The notes: generated by a model not told the origin, from the sequence alone. Positions 1 through 10,948 are shown, counted from the first letter of the stretch. The stretch is DNA of 64,000 nucleotides from Candidatus Acidiferrales bacterium (GCA_963741165.1 CAVUHB010000004.1:202413-266412), one strand, 5' to 3'. Numbers and translations: made by a program.

Positions 1-2
1 CA

Positions 3-2423
3 CCGCCGAGGCCCATTGACCAGAATGCGGAACTGTATCACCCCATGGAAGCGCCACCACCGCCCGTGGGCCAGCCGGGACTTCCTGATCCGTACGACAA
101 ATATCTTGAGACCGTGAAGGCCACGCGGAAATTTCTGGTGGAACAGGGAGCGGTCGCGATATTGCGGGATGCCGGCAAGCCGCACGCCTTGCTGAACATG
201 ACGGATGCAACGATCGAGCCGTTCACGCTCGGAACGATTCCATCGGCTTTTGTTACGGGCGAAGGATACCGATTGATTTACCGATTGCTGAAAAAAGGCC
301 GTGTGGAACTGGAGATCGAGATCAAGAATTCGGTCAGCGACAAACCGGTAACGGTGTACAACACCGTGGCGGATCTACCCGGCGAAGAAAAACCGGATGA
401 GATGGTGATTCTGGGTGCGCACCTGGATTCGTGGGACCTCGGAACAGGCACCACAGATAACGGCACGGGATCGATGGTGGTGCTCGAAGCGGCGCGAACA
501 CTTGCGAAGTTAAATCTGAGACCGAAACGGACGATTCGATTTGTATTGTTTACGGGTGAAGAGCAGGGGCTGGTTGGATCGAAAGAATACGTGAAGGCAC
601 ACCAGAAAGAGCTCGGTAAGATTTCGGGCGCGTTGATGCATGACAGCGGAACGGGAAGAGTGCTCGCGATCGGGCTGCATGACAATTATCAGGCGCGCGA
701 GACGGTGGACCAGGTCATTCAGCCACTGGGCGAATTGAAATTGCTCGAAACGACGATGGAAAGGGAGTACGGCACGGACAGTCTGTCGTTTGACGAAGTG
801 GGAGTGCCGGGATTCTGGTGCGCGCAGGATCTGGCGGAATATCCGAAGACGCACCACAGCCAGTCTGACACGTTTGACAAGGCGTGGAAGGATGATCTGC
901 TGCAAGGAGCGCAAGTGTTGGCAGCGTGGGCCTACAATACGGCGCAACTGCCGAGCTTGCTCCCTCGGCGGCCCCTGACACCGCCGGTTGCGGCTCTGCC
1001 GGGTACGGAGAAGACGGAGCCGGCAAAGGATCCGGTTGTCGAAGCGGACAAGAAACTGGTCGAACTGGTGAAGGCGGACAAGGAGCAGCTGAAAAACGAT
1101 CTGACCTATTTGACGACGCAGATTGGGCCGCGGCTGACAGGTTCACCGCAACTCGATCAGGCGAGCCACTGGACGGAGGATCAGTTCAAAGCGCTCGGCT
1201 TGGTAAATGTGCATCTGGAATCGTGGACCATTGCCAATGGATGGAAGCGCGGACCAGCGACCGGACGGGTGGTGTGGCCTGCCGTGCACGAGTTGACGCT
1301 GGCGACGGCGGGGTGGTCCGCGGCGACAAATGGAACGGTGAAGGGCGCCGTGATCGGAATCGACGCGGAGTCAATCGAAGAGCTCGCGAAATACAAAGGG
1401 AAGCTTGGCGGGAAAATCGTGCTGCTTGGCAGGCCAAAGGATCTCGAGCCGCCGATGAATCCGATGCTGACACCGTGGGTAGAGGGAACGATACCACTGA
1501 TGGTGCCGTCGGATAAAAAGCCACTGGATTTTACAGCGCTGCGAAAAATACGCATGGAAGCGATGCGGATGATGAATGAAGAGAAGGCGGCGGGACTGCT
1601 CGTTGGCTCGGAGAAAATGTACGGGCTACTGAACATGAGCACGTTCTCTCGCGACTACGGGTCTTCGGGAATTCCAACGGCGTTTTCCGCGCGGGAAGAT
1701 TATCTGCAACTGTGGCGAATGCTGGATGGTGGAACGCCACCGCAGGTGGAACTGAATCTGCAGGGGACCCTGACCGGAGCGCCGGTGACGGTGTACAACA
1801 CGGTGGCCGAAATTGCAGGAACGGAGAAGCCGGACGAGGTGGTAATCCTCGGAGCGCACCTGGATTCGTGGGACCTCGGAACGGGAGCGACAGACAACGG
1901 AACCGGATCGATGGCAGTGCTGGCCGCGGCGCGCGCACTCGAGAAGAGTGGATTGAAGCCGAAGAGAACGATTCGATTTGTGCTGTTTACGGGCGAAGAG
2001 CAGGGGCTGAACGGATCGAAAGAATATGTGAAGCAGCATCGCGACGAATTGCCGAAGATCTCTGGCGTCCTGGTACATGACACCGGCACGGGAAAAGTGC
2101 TGACCTTGGGATTGATGGGAAATTACAACGCGCGGGAGACGGTGGACCGCGTGGTGTATCCGCTGGCGGAATTGGTGGGGATCATGGAGCCATCGTTGCG
2201 CAGCGAAGGGGGATCGGACCACGTGCCGTTTGATGAAGCGGGCGTGCCTGGATTCTGGTGCGTGCAGGATAATGCGGATTACGAAAAGACGCATCATTCG
2301 CAAGCGGACACATTGGATCGTGTGAAATGGGATGAGTTGGCAGAGGGAGCGGAGGTGCTGGCGGTGTTTGGATATAACACCGCGCAATTGCCGGGGTTGC
2401 TTCCACGGAAGCCGGGGAAGTAG
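3..2423 (+). CDS. Tandem-duplicated M28 family (amino)peptidase; 5' end runs off the window
   Basis: The frame stays open from nt 3 to the first listed Met at 45, so the gene probably starts upstream of the window. Both halves carry the M28 metal-ligand blocks AHLDSWD, TDNGTGS, TGEEQG, HD(S/T)GTG and THHSQ. The second half also has a PA-like insert before the catalytic core. Confidence 0.85.
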   Translation, partial: PPRPIDQNAELYHPMEAPPPPVGQPGLPDPYDKYLETVKATRKFLVEQGAVAILRDAGKPHALLNMTDATIEPFTLGTIPSAFVTGEGYRLIYRLLKKGRVELEIEIKNSVSDKPVTVYNTVADLPGEEKPDEMVILGAHLDSWDLGTGTTDNGTGSMVVLEAARTLAKLNLRPKRTIRFVLFTGEEQGLVGSKEYVKAHQKELGKISGALMHDSGTGRVLAIGLHDNYQARETVDQVIQPLGELKLLETTMEREYGTDSLSFDEVGVPGFWCAQDLAEYPKTHHSQSDTFDKAWKDDLLQGAQVLAAWAYNTAQLPSLLPRRPLTPPVAALPGTEKTEPAKDPVVEADKKLVELVKADKEQLKNDLTYLTTQIGPRLTGSPQLDQASHWTEDQFKALGLVNVHLESWTIANGWKRGPATGRVVWPAVHELTLATAGWSAATNGTVKGAVIGIDAESIEELAKYKGKLGGKIVLLGRPKDLEPPMNPMLTPWVEGTIPLMVPSDKKPLDFTALRKIRMEAMRMMNEEKAAGLLVGSEKMYGLLNMSTFSRDYGSSGIPTAFSAREDYLQLWRMLDGGTPPQVELNLQGTLTGAPVTVYNTVAEIAGTEKPDEVVILGAHLDSWDLGTGATDNGTGSMAVLAAARALEKSGLKPKRTIRFVLFTGEEQGLNGSKEYVKQHRDELPKISGVLVHDTGTGKVLTLGLMGNYNARETVDRVVYPLAELVGIMEPSLRSEGGSDHVPFDEAGVPGFWCVQDNADYEKTHHSQADTLDRVKWDELAEGAEVLAVFGYNTAQLPGLLPRKPGK
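1785..2414 (+). repeat. Second copy of the intragenic M28 catalytic-core duplication (first copy 348..974)
   Basis: The 209 aa and 210 aa blocks VTVYNTVA...YNTAQLP(S/G)LLPR(R/K)P align end to end. The similarity is visible at DNA level, for example gcgcacctggattcgtgggacctcggaac in both copies. Confidence 0.85.
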
Positions 2424-2590
2424 AGAAGTCAAAAGCACTACTTGAAGAGTTGAAACTAGAACGTGGAAAGTTAACCGAAGAAAGTGCCGCACCCTCAGAA
2501 ACCGTGAGTGTGGCACCCGGGGGTGCAAGGCGTTATCGTGCAGACTTGTGGGTGAGGGCGGCCTTAAGCCACCCCAGCAAAGGACGAAGA

Positions 2591-3040
2591 ATGAGAGCGG
2601 TGGTGCAGCGCGTGAGTCGGGCCAAGGTTACGGTCGTTGGGCAGGTGAGCGGAGAGATTGGCGCGGGGTTGCTGGTGCTACTGGGGGTGGGGAAGGAAGA
2701 CAATTCGGCGACCGCGGCGGCGATGGCGGAGAAGGTAGCGAACCTGCGGATCTTTGAAGATGAGCAGGGAAAGATGAACCGGTCGCTGACCGATGTGAAC
2801 GGCGCCGCGCTGGTGGTTTCGCAATTCACGCTCTATGGAGACGCTCGAGGGCAGAGACGGCCGAGTTATCTGGCGGCGGCTCCGCCGGAGATGGCGAAGA
2901 AACTGTATGAAGAGTTTTGCGCGGCCCTGCTCGGACGGGGCATTTCGGTGGGAACGGGAATTTTCCAAGCGATGATGTCGGTGGAATTGGTGAATGAAGG
3001 GCCGGTGACGATCCTGCTTGATTCAGAAAAAACATTCTAA
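2591..3040 (+). CDS. dtd: D-aminoacyl-tRNA deacylase
   Basis: [13 protein letters not shown] start, with SQFTLYGD and [11 protein letters not shown] blocks typical of Dtd. The ATG at 2591 is preceded by AGGACGAAGA. The longer ORF from 2450 adds a non-conserved leader. Confidence 0.9.
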   Translation: MRAVVQRVSRAKVTVVGQVSGEIGAGLLVLLGVGKEDNSATAAAMAEKVANLRIFEDEQGKMNRSLTDVNGAALVVSQFTLYGDARGQRRPSYLAAAPPEMAKKLYEEFCAALLGRGISVGTGIFQAMMSVELVNEGPVTILLDSEKTF

Positions 3041-3746
3041 GACGGAATGGACCGTTAATCGCGCGGTTTGTGAACTGCAGCGCCGAGGGTTGAAGCGAAA
3101 CGTGGTGGGCATGGCGCGGTATGGGATTCGTGCGAAGCGGGCGTTTGGAGTTTCCAAACCACAGCAGGACGAGATTGCGCGAGAGATTGGAAAAAATCAT
3201 GAGCTGGGACTACAACTGTGGCGGACGGGAATACATGACGCGCGTATTCTGGGGATACTGATTTCGGATGCGGAAAAAGTGACACCGGCACAAATGGAGG
3301 GGTGGGTGCGGGATTTCGACAACTGGGATGTGTGCGACGGGGCCTGCTGTCATTTGTTCGTTGATGCCGGGCCGGCTTGGGAAAAGGCGTTTGCGTGGAG
3401 CGGGCGAAAGGGAGAATTTGAGAAGCGAGCAGGTTTTGCGCTGGCAGCGTACCTCGCACTACACGACAAAGCGGCACGAAATGCGGCGTTTGAAAAATTT
3501 CTCAAAGTGATCGAGCGAGAGGCTTGGGATGGAAGAAATTTTGTGAGGAAAGCGGTGAACTGGGCGCTTCGGAATATCGGGAAGCGCAATGTTCGGTTGA
3601 ATCGTGCGGCGATCAGGTGTGCGGGGCGGATTCGGCGGCAGAAGCATTCGGCGGCGAAATGGGTGGCGGCGAATGCTTTGCGGGAGTTGCAGAGTGATGC
3701 AGTACAGGGGCGATTGCGGCGAAAAAGTGCATGCGTGGTGGGGTGA
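3018..3746 (+). CDS. DNA alkylation repair protein (AlkC/AlkD-like HEAT-repeat family)
   Basis: GMARYGI..., [12 protein letters not shown] and [15 protein letters not shown] blocks are typical of the DNA_alkylation family. TTG start overlaps the dtd 3' end, so the start is uncertain. Confidence 0.7.
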   Translation: MIQKKHSKTEWTVNRAVCELQRRGLKRNVVGMARYGIRAKRAFGVSKPQQDEIAREIGKNHELGLQLWRTGIHDARILGILISDAEKVTPAQMEGWVRDFDNWDVCDGACCHLFVDAGPAWEKAFAWSGRKGEFEKRAGFALAAYLALHDKAARNAAFEKFLKVIEREAWDGRNFVRKAVNWALRNIGKRNVRLNRAAIRCAGRIRRQKHSAAKWVAANALRELQSDAVQGRLRRKSACVVG

Positions 3747-4192
3747 TGGCTAGGAATAAGACAGTGAAGATCAGAGCAGCGCACGAGAGAGATGTGGCGA
3801 GGGTGGCGGTGCTCGCGGGACAGCTTGGTTATCCCACGACGGCGCGGAAGATGGCGGCGCGGCTGAAGCGGGTGCTCGAGGCGAAAGACGGTGCTTGTTT
3901 TGTTGCGGAGACGAAGGAAGAAGGTCTGATTGGATGGGTCCATGTCAGCGTGACGGCACTGCTCGAAGTGGAGCGGCGGGCCGAGGTGAATGGATTGGTG
4001 GTCGATCGGAAGGTGCGGAGCCGGGGAGCGGGGTCGGAATTGCTGGGTGCGGCGGAGAGGTGGGCTCGGATGAGGAAGTGCTGGGGCATGTCGGTACGAT
4101 CGAATGTGATTCGCGATAGGGCGCATGCGTTTTATGTCGGTCATGGCTATGAGCATTACAAGACGCAGAAGGCGTTCCGGAAAAAGATTTAG
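3746..4192 (+). CDS. GNAT family N-acetyltransferase
   Basis: The acetyl-CoA binding block is LVVDRKVRSRGAGSELL (Q/RxxGxG/A motif), with a C-terminal AHAFYVGHGY. The ATG overlaps the upstream stop (TGATG). Confidence 0.8.
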   Translation: MARNKTVKIRAAHERDVARVAVLAGQLGYPTTARKMAARLKRVLEAKDGACFVAETKEEGLIGWVHVSVTALLEVERRAEVNGLVVDRKVRSRGAGSELLGAAERWARMRKCWGMSVRSNVIRDRAHAFYVGHGYEHYKTQKAFRKKI

Positions 4193-4390
4193 GGGACGCG
4201 AAAATGCGCACAATCGAGGAAGCGCAAGGACTAAGTTCTCAGTTCTAAATCTACGGCCTACGGCCAAAGCGTATTGTTTGTTGCAATCCCGCACAGCTAA
4301 AAGCGAAGGGTGCACCACCCGGGAATACCAACACACAGGTAAATGGCAAACCAGTATGGGCTAACCTGACTGCCACGAGCCGGCCGGATC

Positions 4391-4413
4391 TATATATCGT
4401 GATACGATATATA
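4391..4413. promoter_or_regulatory. Perfect 9-bp inverted repeat, candidate MarR operator
   Basis: TATATATCG-TGATA-CGATATATA ends 3 nt before the MarR ATG at 4417. MarR-family dimers typically bind palindromes that overlap their own promoter or 5' region. Confidence 0.55.
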
Positions 4414-4416
4414 AAG

Positions 4417-4866
4417 ATGAAGACCAAGAGTAACGTTACAGAGGGAGAGTTTCGGGCGCTGGCTGAGCTGAGGGTTCAGATCAGACGATTCGTGCAGCAG
4501 GGCGATCGGGCGGCGCGGGAGGCAGGACTCGAGCCGCAGCAATACCTCTTGCTGCTGGCGATACGCGGGTTGCCGGAGGGGGAGGAAGCTACGATACGGG
4601 TGCTGGCGGAGCGCCTAGCGTTGCAACACCACAGCGCGGTGGAATTGGTGAATCGCACGGAGCAGCGCGGTTATGTGCGGAGATTGCGCAGCGAGAGCGA
4701 CCGGAGAAACGTGGTGGTGTACCTCGAACCGCGCGGCGAAAAACTGTTGGATGTGGTGGCAGCAGAACGAATCATCGAATTACGTTCCGAGGGGCGAGCG
4801 CTTCTAGAGGCAATCCGTTCGCTGCTGCAAAAGCCAAAACGAATCAACAAGAAGAAAGTTCACTGA
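4417..4866 (+). CDS. MarR family transcriptional regulator
   Basis: Winged-HTH core: LEPQQYLLLLAI, IRVLAERLALQHHSAVELVNRTEQRGYVRR, SDRRNVVVYLEPRGEKLL. Confidence 0.85.
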   Translation: MKTKSNVTEGEFRALAELRVQIRRFVQQGDRAAREAGLEPQQYLLLLAIRGLPEGEEATIRVLAERLALQHHSAVELVNRTEQRGYVRRLRSESDRRNVVVYLEPRGEKLLDVVAAERIIELRSEGRALLEAIRSLLQKPKRINKKKVH

Positions 4867-5028
4867 TGGCAGGACAAACCGATCAGGCGAAAAGTTTGTG
4901 AGGAGCGCGGTCCGCGTGGTGGAGGTCGTTTCTGACCGAGCACGAGGAACCGGTGTTTCTCGTGCTGACACGGATGATTCGGGCGCGAGTCTAGAAGTCA
5001 GTATCAGAGAAGCGGAAGGCGCGGAGGG

Positions 5029-6777
5029 CTAAAAAGCGCCCCCGCCCCCGCCGCCAAAGCCACCGCCCGATGAGCCGCCCCCTCCGCTGAATCCCGAGCC
5101 CCCGGAGCTGCGCGGTGCGGAACTCATGACACTGCCGACCTGGGAACTCATACTGCTGAGATTGCTCGCGAACATGGCTGGGTAAAAGGTAGTGCCATAG
5201 CCGCCCTGGTACCACTGAGGCGGCTGGGTATAAATATTCTGGAACGCATTGCTCCAGTTTTTCTCGACGCCGAGGGCCATCGCGAAGGGAAGAAACTTCT
5301 CGAACATTTCGGGGGTTTTGATCATGCGGTTGAAGCGGTCGGCTTCGACGTGGGCCAGAAAATCTTCAAAACCTAAAATACCTTCCAGTGCACGTGCGCC
5401 CGATTGTGTGCGAGCCGGCATAAACCAAGCAAAAACGAGGATGATTGCGCCGGAGAGAATACCCGCGATTACGAAGGGAAGCGGAGCCATACCCATTTTT
5501 GCGGCAACTGCCGTGCCGCCCCAGATGAGGATGATGCCAGTAATGATGCCGAGGAGAATGTAGTTGGAACGAACGCTGTCCGGGCGCCTCGAGTAATAGC
5601 CACTGCCGACGAGCGAGCCGAAGATGGAATTCTTGATGGGGGGAATGCTGGTGTAGAAGCGATTGTGAAGCTCGGAAAGAGCGACGACGTCGCCAGCATT
5701 GCCGATTGAGAAGATGCCATCGAGGAGTTGCTGCTCGTGGGGTTTGAGCGCGGCCCATTCGGCGCGCGCTTTCTTCAGATGAAAGACGTATTCGGTGGTG
5801 TGCGTGAGTCCCAGGAGATGATCCACCTTTTTTTCTTCGATGAGCAGATAGCCGCGGACCGCCAGATCGACGATGGAGGCGGTGATATCGCGCATGTCGA
5901 CGGAATTGTCAATCAGGGTACCGACTTCGCCGGGGGTGAGTTTGTCAGGCGGCTCGTACTGAGCGGCGATCGGTCGCAGGCGGGGATCGCGCCCCTTGGT
6001 CCACCAGAGACGGAACATTCCGAGGAAAGCGAAGACTGGAATGACGAGGGGCCAGTTGCTGCGCAGGTAACGCCAGAACGTGTCGAACGCGCTCGGTTCC
6101 TTGAAGACGCCTTTTTCGCAGGCGACCGCGACCGTGAGGCCTTCGTGCATGCCAAGAGGCCCGTTGGTGTTGACGTCGACACCCGTGCCATTGATTTCGG
6201 TGGTGGCGTCGCTGGCTCTCGAGCCATAAGAGCCGGTATAGGCTTTGGCGCGGAGATTGGAAATAGTGGAAGGGAAGACAATGTGAGCGCCCGCAGACTC
6301 GATGGGATCGTTCCACTCGTCGCCAGTAATGTTCCAGTAGAACTCGTCGTGATCGTCAAAGAAGCGGAGCGCGTCAGTAACGACGTACTCGATGGAAATC
6401 GTGCGGGTGGAATTATCGGCATCGGGAATGAAAATCTTGAGCTTGCGGTATTGGCGCTCACGACCGGACTCATATTTGAGGGGGCGGCCGTTTTCGTCGC
6501 GGATGGATTTAATGTCGAGAAAGAGACTGTAGTTCATCCCGCGTGGGCCGGCGTATTCCACGGGAATGTTGCGATAAATACCGTGCCAGGGACCACCAAT
6601 GAATTTACAGGTGATGTTTTCCGTGACATCGACCTTGCCGTCTGGGGTGATGACGATATCGGAATAAAATTTCTTGAACTCTTTGGATTTCTGTTGCGCG
6701 GAGGCAGGCGGAGAAAAAGAAACGAGCAACACGCTAGAGAGGATCAGCCAGCGAGTGAGTCGGGTAGGCGGAAGCAT
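5029..6777 (-). CDS. DUF2207 domain membrane protein
   Basis: Signal peptide (..SPPASAQQ), a large extracytoplasmic domain, three or more TM helices and a Gly-rich tail (SGGSGFSGGGGSSGGGFGGGGGGAF). It sits 20 nt downstream of lemA, the usual pairing. Confidence 0.75.
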   Translation of the reverse strand: MLPPTRLTRWLILSSVLLVSFSPPASAQQKSKEFKKFYSDIVITPDGKVDVTENITCKFIGGPWHGIYRNIPVEYAGPRGMNYSLFLDIKSIRDENGRPLKYESGRERQYRKLKIFIPDADNSTRTISIEYVVTDALRFFDDHDEFYWNITGDEWNDPIESAGAHIVFPSTISNLRAKAYTGSYGSRASDATTEINGTGVDVNTNGPLGMHEGLTVAVACEKGVFKEPSAFDTFWRYLRSNWPLVIPVFAFLGMFRLWWTKGRDPRLRPIAAQYEPPDKLTPGEVGTLIDNSVDMRDITASIVDLAVRGYLLIEEKKVDHLLGLTHTTEYVFHLKKARAEWAALKPHEQQLLDGIFSIGNAGDVVALSELHNRFYTSIPPIKNSIFGSLVGSGYYSRRPDSVRSNYILLGIITGIILIWGGTAVAAKMGMAPLPFVIAGILSGAIILVFAWFMPARTQSGARALEGILGFEDFLAHVEADRFNRMIKTPEMFEKFLPFAMALGVEKNWSNAFQNIYTQPPQWYQGGYGTTFYPAMFASNLSSMSSQVGSVMSSAPRSSGGSGFSGGGGSSGGGFGGGGGGAF

Positions 6778-6797
6778 GGTTAGGAGTGGACCTTCGG

Positions 6798-7373
6798 TCA
6801 GGTTGTCGGGGCAGCCGGATTGCCGAAGCTGACTTTGGGAGCTTCGCGTTCAGCGGCTGAACCAACTTCGAAAAATTCGCGTTGTTTGAATCCGAGCATT
6901 CCCGCAAAAATGTTGCTGGGGAACTGGAGAATCTTGGTGTTGAGATCGCGAACGACGGCGTTGTAATAACGGCGCGCGTTCTGGACCGTTTCTTCAATAC
7001 TGGACAGGGAATTCTGCAGGGAAGTGAAACCCTCGATGGCGCGAAGTTGCGGGTAAGCCTCGGATAGGGCGAAGAGGCTTTTGAGTGCGCCGGAGAGAAC
7101 GTTTTCGGCCTGCGCTTTGTCGGCAGGGCCGGTGGCGGACATGGCGCGATTGCGAGCGTTAATGACCGCTTCGAGAGTACCCTTTTCGTGCGCAGCGTAA
7201 CCTTTGACGGTTTCCACGAGATTGGGAATAAGGTCATAGCGACGTTTGAGTTGAACGTCGATGTCGGCCCAGGCGTTGTCGCATTGCACCTTGAGGCGAA
7301 CCAGACCGTTATACATGCCGATGACAAAAATGATGAGAAGGACGAGGACGCCGAGTACAACCCAGCCAATCAT
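6798..7373 (-). CDS. lemA: LemA family protein
   Basis: N-terminal TM followed by YNGLVRL, CDNAWADIDVQLKRRYDLIPNLVETVKGYAAHE, AYPQLRA and RRYYN blocks. The ATG is the third codon of the listed ORF. Confidence 0.9.
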   Translation of the reverse strand: MIGWVVLGVLVLLIIFVIGMYNGLVRLKVQCDNAWADIDVQLKRRYDLIPNLVETVKGYAAHEKGTLEAVINARNRAMSATGPADKAQAENVLSGALKSLFALSEAYPQLRAIEGFTSLQNSLSSIEETVQNARRYYNAVVRDLNTKILQFPSNIFAGMLGFKQREFFEVGSAAEREAPKVSFGNPAAPTT

Positions 7374-7755
7374 AGGCAACCTCTCGATGAGAGATAGTGG
7401 TGCAGACTGATGAAGTCACTATACGTTGCGGAAGATGGCCAGTAAAGAAGTGGTTGTCGTAAGGTCGAAGAGCGAGACAGGTAGGACGCAGGGGTAATGA
7501 GTAAAGGTCGATGCGTTTGAACGGAATCCTCAGGGGCCGAACTCCAATCCTGCCGGGGTTCCTGATGTCGGAGATAAAGCTCTGCCCCCAGCAACGGTAT
7601 CGAAGTGGAGGAGCGTGGGGGACGGTGCTCTGTCCTGCAATCGCAAATTGCAAAATACGGCGGAAAGTGATCCGCAGGTCTAGGGTGCTTCAAGAGAATC
7701 ATCGCGCCGGTGTATGGAATTGATGCTCACATCGTTGCGGTCGAAGCCAAAGCTG

Positions 7756-9106
7756 TCAGTCTCTCGCCGGAATGGAAGTACGGGTCTCGGGGAAGACGTG
7801 AAGGCCATGCCTCGGGCGCAGGGTGATCGAGGCAAGTGGGACCACATCGTAGCCGGGAATCAAGCGGAATCGGAATCGTTGAGCGATCGTTGCCAGCACC
7901 AGATTCGCTTCCATAAGAGCGAAGGTATTGCCGATGCACTGGCGGGGACCGTAACTGAAGGGAAAGTAGGTGAACCGCGGATTGCTTTTGAGCAGGTCCC
8001 CGAACTGCCAACGTTCGGGAATGAACTGCTCCGGGTTTTCGTACCAGCGCGCATCTCGATGCACGACCCATGAGGGTGCGGCGATTCCCGTGCCTTTAGG
8101 AACCGGCGTAGCCGCCAAGCTTGTGATCTTCGATGGCGAGCCTTGCGATTGCCCAAGCAGGCGGATAGAGCCGTAGCGATTCAGAGAGAATGCAACTGGT
8201 GTAGGTGAGTTTCGGGAGATCGTCCAGAGTGGGAGTTCGGCCGCTTAGAACTGCATCCAGTTCCGCGTGCAATTTCTGTTCGACGTCAGGGTTTTGAGCG
8301 AGCAGCCACCAGGTCCAGGAGAGAGAACTCGCAGTGGTTTCATGTCCAGCCAAAAACAGAGTCAGGGCTTCATCGCGAAGTTGTTGTGCCGTCATCCGGG
8401 AGCCATCTTCATCTTGCGCAAGAAGCAACAAGGAGAGCAGGTCGCCGGTGTCTTCCTTCGATTCACGTCGTTGTTGAATGATGCGGTCGATAATCTTGGT
8501 CAGTTGACGAACGGCTCGGTTTGCCTGGCGGTTCAGGCGCGTTGGCAGCCATTTCGGAGTCATAACCAGCCGGCGAAAGTCAGAAGTAAACTCGAGTAAG
8601 ACCTGAAGGTTTTCACCGACTTGCGGCGCATCCCGTTCGACATCCGCATGGAATAGAGTTTTTCCCACCACTTCTAGGGTAAGGCGCATCATTGCTTCAT
8701 GCAGATCCAGCGGCTCGCCGGGCTTCCAGGATTCTATCAAGTGATTGGTGCAGGCGGTCATCGTGGAGGCATAGTTGGCAATGCGAGAACGGTGAAAGGC
8801 AGGCTGCATCATCCGGCGTTGCCGCAACCAGAAGTCGCCTTCACTGGTGAGTAACCCATCGCCGAAAATGTGACGGTTTGCACGCAGCACACGGCCTTTG
8901 ATAAATTTCCTGGCATTGGTGACCAGTACGTCTTCAATGTGTTCGGGGTTAGTGATCAAGAACGTACGAATGTGGAAGAATCGCAGGCACACAATATCCC
9001 CGTATTCACGAGCGACCCGGGTCATGAAGGCCAGCGGATCACGGCGCATCGGACTCCGCAAGCCGTCAAAGAATCCTTCCTCGGGGCCGGGGGGATAACT
9101 CGACAT
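7756..9106 (-). pseudogene. Cytochrome P450 interrupted by a +1 frameshift (or assembly indel)
   Basis: ORF 8096..9106 covers the N-terminus through AGHETT (I-helix), ESLRLYPP (ExxR) and ..LGGY. ORF 7756..8118 continues with PVPKGT, the PERW-type block FIPERW and the heme loop FSYGPRQCIGNTFA. The switch lies at about 8101-8112. Confidence 0.85.
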
Positions 9107-9373
9107 GGGTGGATGCTATAGAGGAACAGGGCAAAACCCAAGTGGTATTACGTGCGGATGCAAGCCGGTCGGCGGGGAGATTTAAGGCCGGCAGAGTGGA
9201 GCGGTAGAGTGCAGAGTAGGATTTGACATGTCGACTTTATACTTTTAAGAATTCTTTGTGGGGCGGGCACGGGCGGTCGTTCGATTTGACCTTGAGGGCG
9301 GCTCGGCAAGGAAGAAGTGAACGCAGCGAGACCGATAGCATTCCTAGGAACCCGTGGCCAGAGGAAGAAAATA

Positions 9374-10948
9374 ATGTCCAGACGCTTGCTTCCGTTTTGC
9401 CTGATGGTGATGAGCGCAGTGGGGTTCGCGAATCTACCCGCTAGAGCACGTCCGCAGAGTGGTGCGGATGCGCAGGCGGCTGCCATGAAGGACTACAACG
9501 ATACGGTTAGTCAAGGCGACGTGTTGGTCGCCGCCGGGGATTACTTTGAGGCGGTGCGGCAGTACGAACGCGCGGGTCGCGTGGCCTACAACAACAAATT
9601 AACTGTGGACAAGGCCGCGTTCGAACGGAAACTGGCCACGGCACGTCAATTACGCGATGCGAAAAAGCCTGCTCTCGCTCCTTCCTCAGCACCTGGGCAG
9701 AGCGCAATTTCGTTTTTTGAACTGACCAAGCCTTTATCGAGTAGTGAGAGGGTCGTGACCAGCCGTACGGTTCCGCCGGACCACGGGTTCGGGCCTTCGG
9801 ATGAAGAATCGCGATGGGTGGTCACAAATCCGTTCTTGCCCGTCGACCGCAAGTTTTTCGAGAAGGTCTACACGATGGCTTGTTCACCGGACGGCAATCT
9901 CTATCTCGGCGCCGGCAGTTTGGTCTCGGCGGCCGAAACGGGGCGGCCGCCGATAGCAAACAAAAGCTACTATGCGGAAAACGGATTCGGCATCTGGCGT
10001 GTCGCTCCCACCGGCGCCACCACCGCCTTCAGCGTGCGACCGAGCTTCAACCTGCCCGGGTGGGACCGTGTGACCGCCCGATGCAACGTTCGCATGACCG
10101 ATGCCGCCATCAGTCCTGACCACTGGGGAGGGATGGCTGTCGATGAGGCCGGAAACGTGTTTGTCAGCGACTACGAGTTGCACCTGATTCTCAAGTTTAC
10201 GCCGAACGGAATGGTGGAACATGTGGCCGGTGGCGGCCCAGAGGCGTGTGCGTACGACCGCTGGAAAACTTTGCAGAAAGAAGGATATCTTGACGGTCCG
10301 GCTAGCCAGGCGCTGTTCAATCAGCCTACGGGATTGGCCTTTGACCATGCCGGAAATCTTTTCGTCGCCGACACCAAAAATTGTGCTCTGCGGCGCATCG
10401 ACAAGGGCGGAAATGTCACCACCGTTCGGAAAGGTTGCGCAGCAGACAGCCAGAAGTCGGGCGGTGAAAAACTGGTGATTCGTTACGAACTTCTGGCCGT
10501 CGATGGGGACGGTCATCCTGTGGTCGGCGGCGCACGCTTCTCCCAGATGGAGGAGTACGGCGACATTTTTCGCATTCTCACCGACGGCCGCTCCGAGCTG
10601 TTGTTGGCCGGTCGAAGGTTTCATCCGCAAAGCCGGCAGCAGGAGCTCGGCTACCTGAGCGGAATCGCCGTGTCACCCAGTGGTGCACTCCTTATCACCG
10701 ACAGCTTCCCAGAATCCAGTCGGGTGTATGAGGTCCGCGACGGCCGGTTGCTGACGTTTGCAGGGCTCGGAGGCGAAGACACGTCGGAAGGCAACGTCGA
10801 TGGCCCAGCCGCGAAGGCCCGCATCCGGCAACCGGGCGGAGTCTGTGCGGCACCCGACGGAACGGTCTTTGTGCGTCCGAACAGCGGAGGTAAGCCACTG
10901 AGGAAGATCGACGCGCAATCCCGCACGGTCAGCACCTGGGCGTATTGA
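9374..10948 (+). CDS. Secreted NHL-repeat / beta-propeller protein
   Basis: Signal peptide MSRRLLPFCLMVMSAVGFANLPARA. Repeated NHL-like units are present (GMAVDEAGNVFVSD, PTGLAFDHAGNLFVADT, LSGIAVSPSGALLITD, PGGVCAAPDGTVFV). Confidence 0.7.
   Translation: MSRRLLPFCLMVMSAVGFANLPARARPQSGADAQAAAMKDYNDTVSQGDVLVAAGDYFEAVRQYERAGRVAYNNKLTVDKAAFERKLATARQLRDAKKPALAPSSAPGQSAISFFELTKPLSSSERVVTSRTVPPDHGFGPSDEESRWVVTNPFLPVDRKFFEKVYTMACSPDGNLYLGAGSLVSAAETGRPPIANKSYYAENGFGIWRVAPTGATTAFSVRPSFNLPGWDRVTARCNVRMTDAAISPDHWGGMAVDEAGNVFVSDYELHLILKFTPNGMVEHVAGGGPEACAYDRWKTLQKEGYLDGPASQALFNQPTGLAFDHAGNLFVADTKNCALRRIDKGGNVTTVRKGCAADSQKSGGEKLVIRYELLAVDGDGHPVVGGARFSQMEEYGDIFRILTDGRSELLLAGRRFHPQSRQQELGYLSGIAVSPSGALLITDSFPESSRVYEVRDGRLLTFAGLGGEDTSEGNVDGPAAKARIRQPGGVCAAPDGTVFVRPNSGGKPLRKIDAQSRTVSTWAY

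Noticed and set aside
2512-2528. TGGCAC-CCGGGGG-TGCA upstream of dtd looks like a sigma-54 promoter.
   Set aside because: The GG to GC spacing is 11 nt instead of the required 10, and nothing suggests that dtd needs sigma-54.
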